Shown piece after piece: positions 56,447 to 64,000 of a stretch of 64,000 bases of DNA (its first letter is position 1; each line of letters starts with the position of its first letter). Below the pieces are notes generated by a model, which was given only the letters and a program-made list of their open reading frames with translations, ran no database searches and was not told the DNA's origin. Origin of the DNA: Rhodospirillales bacterium (GTDB lineage Bacteria > Pseudomonadota > Alphaproteobacteria > Bin95); the NCBI GenBank assembly GCA_038143065.1, contig JAYQLI010000012.1, forward strand, positions 64,001 through 128,000, written 5' to 3'. The translations under genes and the position numbers were made by a program.

Positions 56447-58068
56447 TAGTCATCAATTATACCCAGCATTCTGGCCTGACTGACCGCACGTGCCCGATTA
56501 TGAACGTGCAATTCGCCGTAAATTTGTTTGAGATGATATTTGACCGTGTTAGAGGAAACCCCCATGACGCGACCAATTTCCTTGTTGGAAAAACCCTGCG
56601 CCAATAGCTCTAAATAACGCCTCTTGGAATCACCTTGTCGGTCGCGTGATTGCCCCTCGGTCGATGAAATTCCGCCCGATGACCAATGATGCATGATTTC
56701 TGACAGCTGATGGCGTTGCACCGTGTCGATGGGTACTTTCACCCGTTCGCCGTCCAAAGCGGCCTGAACTACGGGTTGAAGCGACAGCCCCTCATCAAGA
56801 ATAAATCGCCGAAAAGGCTGTTTCCCAAGAAGGCGAATCGACGACAAAAGCGCGCTGGTTGCGTCGCTGCGCCCGTTCAACTGCAAATGGGCCTGAGCGC
56901 GGATCACACGGAGTTTGGCCAGAGACAACAGTTGTCCGCCTCTGATCGCGTTTTCTTCAGCCAGATCCACAAAATCAAGCGCACGTTTGGCGCGGCGTGC
57001 ACGAACCAGCCAACGGGCGATAGCAACGTTGGTGGTGCCGTGGCGAAGACCCCAATCCATTTGCGGCTGATTTGCATCCAGCTTTCCTGGATCCAAACCA
57101 ATACGTTGCATCTCGATGTTGGCTGTCTTGATCTCGTCACTGAGCGTCAGCGCACGTATGCGCTCGACGGCCATCAATCGCGCTAAACGCGGCATCTGAC
57201 GGTCGCGGGCCGCAGCATCTGCATGAGCAAGTTCGTTTAAAGCACCCGGCAGTCCGGCCTGCACAAAGGCAAGTCGGGCACGAACGCGGTAGGTTGCCGC
57301 TAAAACATCAAGCCACGCATCCGTTTGCTCGATACTTGTCAACGCATCGGCCAACAGCGATTGAGCGTCTCCCATTTTATTCATCTCGTAGTAAACTTCG
57401 GATTTCAGCGCCTTACAGATCGCACGAAGCCCCTGCGGGTCACCATCCAACTGGTCTAGGCTTCTTTCCATCTGGTCATATTGGGCTATGGCGCCGGTCA
57501 GATCCCCGCGCATCATACGAATTTGTCCCAGATGGGTATGCATGTGTAACGAGCCGAACTGCGCCCCGCCTAACAGATAAAGCCGAATTGCGTTTTCAGC
57601 GTGATCCTGCGCGCGGTCGAATTCTCCGCGATGAAGCGCTGCAGTGGACAGGTGATTGAACGTTAGCGCTTGACCGACCTGATCACTCGCCGGTAGCGTC
57701 GACAACAATCTTTTCAAACGCGCCGAGTGCTCCTCGGTCAGAGCGCGGTCCTCGTATACCCTGACATGGGCATCAACAAGCAGCAGGTCCGCAGCGTGCG
57801 TCCCAACAGCAGGATCAGTTTCGTTAGTCGCGGACGTCATGTGTCTCAGTTGTTCGCGCGCTCCAGTCGGATCGCCAATCTTGGCAAGAACAAATGCTGA
57901 AGCGAGCATTGCCTGCGGCGAGACACCGTCTCTAGGCCGGTCCGTGGCAATCGCATCCAAGCCGGGCATATTTGGCACACGCATGTAGGAACGCCAGTCA
58001 TTATTGTGATCAGTGTGCCCGACAGTCGAGGTTGCCCGTTTAGGCTTTTCTAAATTGTTTTGCACCAT
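56446..58068 (-). CDS. MalT-like TPR/LuxR transcriptional regulator
   Basis: C-terminal LLAQGFSNKEIG...VSSNTVKYHLKQIYGEL.V.NR; helical repeats. Confidence 0.9.
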   Translation of the reverse strand: MVQNNLEKPKRATSTVGHTDHNNDWRSYMRVPNMPGLDAIATDRPRDGVSPQAMLASAFVLAKIGDPTGAREQLRHMTSATNETDPAVGTHAADLLLVDAHVRVYEDRALTEEHSARLKRLLSTLPASDQVGQALTFNHLSTAALHRGEFDRAQDHAENAIRLYLLGGAQFGSLHMHTHLGQIRMMRGDLTGAIAQYDQMERSLDQLDGDPQGLRAICKALKSEVYYEMNKMGDAQSLLADALTSIEQTDAWLDVLAATYRVRARLAFVQAGLPGALNELAHADAAARDRQMPRLARLMAVERIRALTLSDEIKTANIEMQRIGLDPGKLDANQPQMDWGLRHGTTNVAIARWLVRARRAKRALDFVDLAEENAIRGGQLLSLAKLRVIRAQAHLQLNGRSDATSALLSSIRLLGKQPFRRFILDEGLSLQPVVQAALDGERVKVPIDTVQRHQLSEIMHHWSSGGISSTEGQSRDRQGDSKRRYLELLAQGFSNKEIGRVMGVSSNTVKYHLKQIYGELHVHNRARAVSQARMLGIIDD

Positions 58069-58302
58069 CTGTGGAATATACCGCCGCTCAACGGAAAATC
58101 AACGGTGGGTCACTTACCCTGTTGGTGCACATTCGAAAATTGGAACAAGCAACTTGGATAGTTTTGGTGGCCAACGTTTTATCGCAAACAATACCTTCAG
58201 ATAAAATGCGTGAATGGTAGTTTGGAGCCTTCCAGTTCTGATGCAATTGAATAGCCGGTTCGGGGAAAATCACCGCATTATTGAATTTCTTGTGCCGAAT
58301 TC

Positions 58303-58335
58303 GCGCAGCGAATGCTGCGCGAGCATTCGCTGCGC
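58303..58335. repeat. Perfect 14-bp inverted repeat at an island junction
   Basis: GCGCAGCGAATGCT-GCGCG-AGCATTCGCTGCGC. Confidence 0.8.
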
Positions 58336-58575
58336 CTGCAAAAGGCCACTTCTTCCGCATGTCTGACATTCATGTTTGTAACCGCGAAGGTCCGCTCTGC
58401 CTGCCAAGAGCTAAACAGCAGCATGTTTTTTGCGCTCTTTGGTCTTTTTAAGTAGAGCTACAACACACATCCAAAGCAGAAACGGAACCATTTATGGACC
58501 AACTTTTAGAAAGTCATAAATTTCATGCAGGCTTTATACGGCAGTGCGCGCATTCTTATAACTTAACTGACTAAA

Positions 58576-59797
58576 CTATTTCTCCTCAACATTAGGCTGG
58601 CTTCCAATCGGCACAGTCGCACCTTGGATCAGTAGGTCATCGCCATTTTGACGGGGTTCTAATTCTTCCAAATCCCCGCACCTCGTTTGGTGTCTTAATG
58701 CCGTTCTGGATCGCGGTCGCATGAGCTTCCATGCGGGTTTTCAAATCGCCGCGCAGTAAGCTATCCACGTTAAAGCGAACGCTCATATCGCTCTCGCGGC
58801 CAAATAGCTTAAGGTTCATTTCCTGCTCGGCCTGCTCAATCCAGCGCCGCAGCGTATGCTTTACGAAATGCAAATCCTGCTGCTCAACATTGCTGAACGT
58901 GCCAGTCGATAAATCTTGCAGAAACACAGGCGGCAGTGAATATATCCGCGCTACTTGCTCAATGCAGAATTTCTGCAACTCTATCAGCTGCATTTCCTCT
59001 GGCGAAAACCCAATTGATTTTAGCTCATGGCCTGCAGGCAATGCCATGACAGGGCGACCCTCACGGGCCAGTTTGATCGTGGCACTGGCAACATCCTCTG
59101 ATGCGCGCTGAGCTGCTGCCCCACTGGCAAACGGGCCTTGCAGCGCCACTGGTGGAATGCCGCCAGATTGAAACGCTTTTGATCCGTAGCGCGATGATGC
59201 AATTGCCAGCCCAATGACGTCCTTGTTGGTCATGATTGGGCCGCGCACATCGATCATATTGTGTTTGAGCATAAAGCTCAGATCAATGATTTCTGTGGCT
59301 TCATAGATTGCCGTTTTGGTTCTGTAGCCTTTTGTCGGGTAGCCTTGCTCACTGGTCTTGGAGTAGACACTAAGATCGGTTGGATCGAGCGGCACCAAGT
59401 CGGTAATTACGCCCTGCCCGTTCCGCACAATCAGCGTAACAGATCGGCCACCCGTTAGTGTTTGCTCAAAGCTATATTTGCGCCACGCAAAGCTGCTCAG
59501 AGAGGGGTTTACGGCCCTATCAAGCCAAGTTCCCATTCCGTCAGTTACGCGCTCTGTGCCGCTCTGTGTGCGCCGCATAACCTCCAAAGGTAAGCTGGCT
59601 AAAGTGCCGCTGATAAAGTTGACCGCAGCCCAGATGGCTGGAACGCCCAACGCGCTTTCAACGTTAACGACAACGCCTGAGCTGGAGTTAAAATCGCCCC
59701 ACCCCATTAGGTGCAGGAAGTTATCGGCAGACACGGGGATATTAGGGTTTTCGAGTGACCTAACGTCGACTTTTTTAAAGTTGTCAAAAAGGCCCAT
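58576..59797 (-). CDS. HK97-family phage portal protein (C-terminal frameshift)
   Basis: ALGVPAIWAAVNFIS, QVARIYSLPP, TFSNVEQQ, LLRGDLKTR, TPNEVR. Confidence 0.93.
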
Positions 59798-59840
59798 GCT
59801 GTGGTTTCCTAGTCTTATCTTTTACAAGGGAGAGAACGAA

Positions 59841-60134
59841 ATGGCGAAGTATGCAGTTTATACAAAGTGGTCGTGGCCCAACGGCGTTCCAAGCGCAGAA
59901 ACGATGCAACAAAAGCATCGTGAGGTTAAATCAAACACAAAAGCTGAAGATATTATTTGGTTTAAGATTGACGAAAACACTCATCAGTCGGTTATCATTT
60001 ATTCCTCTGAGGCAGACGCGAAGGAAGAAAACGCAAGGCGTCAAGAATTGCGCAAACAAACAATTGAAGAAACTGGTCACTCAATGATTGAAGAAACTAT
60101 GGGACCAATTCTTTCTATTATGTCTGAAGTCTAA
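59841..60134 (+). CDS. Small hypothetical protein, antisense between portal and terL
   Basis: GGGGAG RBS, 97 aa from MAKYAVYTKW; stop codon overlaps the terL stop. Confidence 0.75.
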   Translation: MAKYAVYTKWSWPNGVPSAETMQQKHREVKSNTKAEDIIWFKIDENTHQSVIIYSSEADAKEENARRQELRKQTIEETGHSMIEETMGPILSIMSEV

Positions 60135-61647
60135 ACCGCCATTTTAAACTCAGGATCGTCCCACGGGCTTGTCGGCATTGTCATATCTTCTGCGCTCATT
60201 GATCCAAGAGCCATGGCCAGCGCCACCAGCCCATCAATCTTTGAGTAACTTTTTGACTTGTGCAGTTTGCGATTGCCCGCAGGATCGCTTTGCACAACCG
60301 CTCCAGCTGCGCACATGTTAAGGATCGGGTTGCCGCCGTGGCGCAGCTTGCGCTCTGCAACATGTTGCTCAACCTTATCGACCGCTGGCGACATATCGCG
60401 AAAGCCTTGACCAAACGGCTGCATTGGAACTTGTCGCTGCCGATCTTTTCTAGCTCGCGCCTAAAGTCATTGATGCGCCACCTGTCATAGGCGAGCAGCT
60501 GCAGCTGATATTCCTCAACTATCTCTGCCACCGTTCTGGCGATCACCTCTGGCTGGATAACTGGCCCCGCGATCGTGGTTAGATAACCTTGGTCGGCCCA
60601 TATATCCCACGGCACTTTTTCGCTCTGTGCCTTATCTCTCAGCCCGTCCTCTGGCAGCCAGAAATGCGGAACAACGTGTAGCTGGTCATCTTTTGGAAAT
60701 ACCAAAACCAGCGCCGTTAAATCTCGACTTGCCGAAAGATCGAGGCCAGCGAAACAAACATCACCAGCCTCGACAAGTGCAGGAGAACAACACGCCTCCC
60801 ATTCTGCCCGTGACAGAAACGGAGACTGAGCCTCGATCCGCTGATTAAGGAATAGCCAGCGGAAAGAGTTTGCTTTTGCCGGGAGCCTTTCAGCTTGCTT
60901 GGCAAAATCCTTCATATCTTGTTTTGAGCGAAACTTACCCAGTGCAGGGTTCGCTATTTTCCACGCTTTCTGGTCAGAAAGTTCGCAATCTTTCGGAGCC
61001 GAATAAACGTGCGAAACAATGCGCCGATCTTTTGCAGCCGCCGCGTCATCCAACCAAATGCTAAAGAGGTCAGCATCCGTGGCAGCTTGCGTAGAAATCG
61101 CGATAAGTAACGGGTTAGCATGTGCGCCCTGTGCAGTTTCGACTGCTTCAATAAACGCATCGTGTGGGCCGCGTACTTGCCCCACTTCATCTAAGATGGC
61201 TAAGACAGGAGAAAGCCCGTGCGCGGTCCCACTCTCTGCGCTTATGGCTTTAAATTCAACATTACAAATCAAACCCACCAGCATCTTCTGCGATGGAACG
61301 ATCCGCACAATCTTTGACAGATCAGGCGACAGTCTGACCATTTTTTCAGCCAGTTTAAAAACCAAGCTGGCCTGATCGCGTGATCTAGCACCACTGATGA
61401 TCTGGCTGTTTTGCCTTGCTTCTGGCCCAACCAAATGCGCTAGCAATATGGCTGCGATCAGCGCAGACTTGCCATTCTTTCTCGCCACCGACAGATAAGC
61501 GCGACTGGTGCCGTGCGGGTTATCAAAGACATCCAAAATAAACTTGCGCTGAAACTTCATCAGCTTGATTGGCTGCCCCACCTGAGCGCCTTCTGGAATT
61601 AGGCAATAATGCTCAATAAATGCGCATATTTTTTCGCCGCGTGTCAT
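60131..61647 (-). CDS. terL: Terminase large subunit (frameshift near 60425)
   Basis: VARKNGKS, ILDEVG, ISTQ, ANPALG, GLDLS...DLTA, YDRW, KIDGLVALAMA. Confidence 0.95.
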
Positions 61648-61732
61648 GTTGATATTATCTTTCGTGGCGTAATATTTGACAGAAACGGATCAAACTTTTC
61701 GATAGCTGTAGCCATAACTAGGGAGAGAAAAA

Positions 61733-62117
61733 ATGTCGGATATTATGAACATTGCAGCGGATCGTGATCGACGTCAATAATGAATGGAGCTACGAGGGGG
61801 CGAGACTTATACTGGGGATTTACAATCGCAATATTCAGTAATTTAGTTACGCTATTTATCATTTCAGCAGGGTGGAGACTTACCTTCAAATGCTATTTGT
61901 AATGGTCGTGGCAACGTTTATTTTTGTCATGATTAATTCTTTTGATTGCATGGATGACCTTAAGGCAAATGCTGATGATATGGATGCAGAGGAAGCTGCT
62001 TCAAACTTTGGAGCAAAGTTCCTTAAAGCACCTTGGGGCATGTTTAAGACTGTTTTAACGATTTTGTTCGGAGCTATCGCACTTACACAGCTTGATGCCA
62101 TTTGGGGCATCTTTTGA
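61733..62117 (+). CDS. Small membrane protein, antisense between terL and terS (likely frameshifted 5' part)
   Basis: GGGAG RBS and ATG at 61733; hydrophobic 81-aa ORF 61872-62117; stop abuts the terS stop. Confidence 0.65.
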
Positions 62118-62587
62118 TTAATGAGCGGGCTGAGCGATTAGCCCCTCAACTCCAACATCCTTAAAGCCGCTCTAGCATCGCCCTCAACCTTAGCCGATCC
62201 ATTGATTGTGCGCGGATCAGAGGCCGTTTGGTTTAGCGACATTGATCGAATAACCGCCAGCTGACGCCGCTCAAGTGTATCTATGACTGACAGCAGCGGA
62301 TTTGGTATCGGAGTGCCGCGCTTATTTTTAACCATCATACCCATAGCATCCAGCTCAATCTGAGCAGCTCGGATGTCCGCTTCCATCTTCACGATTTTCG
62401 CCAAGAAGATTAGGTCCATATCCCGCCAGTCTGACCTCGCGCGGGCGCGGGTGAACTGGTGCCAAATTATCAGCTCAGCCTCGCTGCGCAGCTCCACTCC
62501 AGCAGGCAATGGAATGCGATCATTAATGGCACCAACAAATCCTGCCACCGCAGAGGTCGCGCTGTTTTTGTCAGATCGTTTTTTCAT
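62118..62587 (-). CDS. Terminase small subunit (P27-like)
   Basis: PLPAG, W...D...LA, NKRGTPIPNPLL, upstream of terL; alternative frame ends GLIAQPAH* at 62118. Confidence 0.75.
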
Positions 62588-62689
62588 AATTCTGTTACGA
62601 CCTCTCGTTATCCAAAGACTACCTGTACCCTTTGTACTCACCCGCTTTTTGATCTCATTCAAAGAGCGGGTTTTTTTCGTAAACGCAAA

Positions 62690-62752
62690 GAAAGTTTGAT
62701 GTGGACGCCGGTTTCTTAAACGTAGCTTTTAGCCTTTGACCCACCCCCCCGT
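62690..62752 (-). other. Putative cos/packaging region
   Basis: - strand GGGGGGGTGGGTCAAA...ACCGGCGTCC between HNH and terS, the usual position and look in HK97-like modules. Confidence 0.4.
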
Positions 62753-62768
62753 TGTCGTACATAATTGC

Positions 62769-63110
62769 ATGATGAAAAACTTTATGGCTATTCACGACGC
62801 ACACAGTGATGCGGCAAGAGAAGAGTATAAATCTTACTTTAAAAGTATTTACTCAAGCGAAACGACACATGGCGAGTGGGCCAAGAGTAGTGTTGGAGAA
62901 TTTGCAACGGCGCACCAAGTTTGGATGGGCGCAGAGAGTGATTTCTTTTGCACACACTTTTTAGCCAGCAGCAAAGACAACGTTTTTAAGCAAATTGAGC
63001 TGTGGGGCATGTCCAGATTTTTCACCACAATGGTCATTGAGACAGATCGATTTACTTCTGCTTTGATGCCACCTGACCAAAGAATTGATCAATCCTATTT
63101 TAACGATTGA
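62769..63110 (+). CDS. Small hypothetical protein, antisense between terS and the orphan HNH 3' end
   Basis: 113-aa ORF MMKNFMAIHDAHSD...; stop overlaps the orphan HNH tail. Confidence 0.7.
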   Translation: MMKNFMAIHDAHSDAAREEYKSYFKSIYSSETTHGEWAKSSVGEFATAHQVWMGAESDFFCTHFLASSKDNVFKQIELWGMSRFFTTMVIETDRFTSALMPPDQRIDQSYFND

Positions 63111-63115
63111 CGGAC

Positions 63116-63144
63116 GGATGCTTTGGGTCGCTAGGCCACCCATC
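63116..63144 (-). repeat. 29-bp direct repeat, orphan copy of the HNH 3' end
   Basis: GGATGCTTTGGGTCGCTAGGCCACCCATC, 28/29 identical to 63954-63982. Confidence 0.95.
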
Positions 63145-63317
63145 GTCTCCGGTATTCAGAAAAGTTTTACGCTGCGTTAAGATCACTGAGACCCGCTATA
63201 GGTACTGCTGACAAAGCGTAATTTTAAAAATACTTAGCGTCTGCCCGACGGTTTGAATAAGCCCACCCAATGGAAGAATGGATCACAAACTGACAAAGTC
63301 ACAAATATCTTAGCTAA

Positions 63318-63824
63318 TTAAAACATATCACCATCGTAGTGATCTGGATGATACTTCTTCATATACCAACGAAAAAACCAGAGGATAAACCAAGAGCAGA
63401 CCATACCTAGAAATATTTTAGGGTTGGTCTCGTATCCTCTTTCCAGCGACTTGTCATTTATTCTAAGCATAACCCCAACGGCAAACATATTCCCTAGAAT
63501 AACAAGCATTGTTCCACTCATTGTGAACATGAAAGTGAAGATAAAACCATCAAGCTTTCTAAAAAACAAACGTGCGTACGTCACAAGCTTTGTATCAGAC
63601 GCAAGTACATCTAACGGCTGCGATTGCTTCTGCGTTTTCCTTTTTCTGTAGGGGTAAATAATTATCACCAGTATAGATAATACAACCGCGATAGATATGA
63701 TGGTGATACTTGCCTCGGGGAATTTGCCGTACAGTACAATCACCACCGGAAATGCTAGGACCCAAATTAAAATAAGGCCCCGCAGGCTAGCTATATAATT
63801 CTTGTGGTTTTTATTCTCACTCAT
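63318..63824 (-). CDS. AT-rich four-TM hypothetical protein (cargo)
   Basis: 168 aa with four hydrophobic segments, between the direct repeats. Confidence 0.7.
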   Translation of the reverse strand: MSENKNHKNYIASLRGLILIWVLAFPVVIVLYGKFPEASITIISIAVVLSILVIIIYPYRKRKTQKQSQPLDVLASDTKLVTYARLFFRKLDGFIFTFMFTMSGTMLVILGNMFAVGVMLRINDKSLERGYETNPKIFLGMVCSWFILWFFRWYMKKYHPDHYDGDMF

Positions 63825-63949
63825 GACAACAAAAGCTTACTCGGTTTTTTGTTTTTTCAGTGTGCCTCGCCAGAGAAGCCTCATTTATCTGTTATAATTC
63901 ACGGCCTCAGCTTAAGACAGATTGGTTTATCAAAAAAGTTAGAATTTAC

Positions 63950-64000
63950 TCATGGGTGCTTTGGGTCGCTAGGCCACCCATCAGCTCCAATAGTCGTGTC
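63950..64000 (-). CDS. 3' end of a phage HNH endonuclease (runs off the window)
   Basis: ...DTTIGADGWPSDPKHP*, a typical C-terminus of packaging-associated HNH proteins, upstream of terS. Confidence 0.65.
   Translation of the reverse strand, partial: DTTIGADGWPSDPKHP

Noticed and set aside
18157-58204. Numerous 60-235 aa ORFs overlapping assigned genes on the opposite strand or frame
   Set aside because: Shadow ORFs of GC-rich coding sequence with no recognisable motifs.
59478-59840. 218-aa version of the ORF ending at 60134
   Set aside because: The extension is antisense to the portal gene; a good RBS supports the ATG at 59841.
58576-62587. Gene transfer agent head cluster, suggested by the nearby ctrA
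   Set aside because: The HNH/P27-like terS/cos-type module and this terminase type fit HK97-like phages or satellites, and no GTA-like downstream genes follow.
1-64000. CRISPR array or cas genes
   Set aside because: No regularly spaced repeat-spacer series and no Cas motifs seen; the repeats found occur as pairs only.

Overview
Accessory, island-rich 64-kb region, probably from a marine Rhodobacteraceae-like alphaproteobacterium (CtrA, TRAP transporter, GcdH, alphaproteobacterial tRNA fragments). Many genes are split by single-base indels, often at homopolymers, which suggests uncorrected long-read errors; real decay cannot be excluded. Layout: (1) 1-12.3 kb, a HAMP-adenylate cyclase 3' part, then stacked integrative elements (three DUF6538-type tyrosine integrases, a tRNA-Leu att remnant, a primase/helicase with iterons, MipA cargo). 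(2) 12.7-17.5 kb, small cargo genes (dienelactone hydrolase, two GSTs, DMT transporter) and two tandem cuckoo-like sRNA candidates. (3) 17.6-41.6 kb, a catabolic island between two tRNA remnants. It joins a putative 2-aminoadipate/2-oxoadipate/glutaryl-CoA operon to a MarR-controlled operon encoding an ATP-dependent lactamase, an F420-dependent LLM, CoA ligase, thioesterase, Fno and the complete cofE-cofD-cofC-fbiC F420 pathway, plus a TRAP transporter and a nitroreductase sharing the same operator. (4) 41.6-48.4 kb, a satellite-like element beside a 3'-truncated ctrA. (5) 48.5-58.1 kb, an IS5 remnant and a DUF917/hydantoinase/racemase/ABC cluster. (6) 58.6-64 kb, an HNH-terS-terL-portal module with an antisense gene in every gap. 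All family assignments come from motif recognition by eye; no database searches were run.
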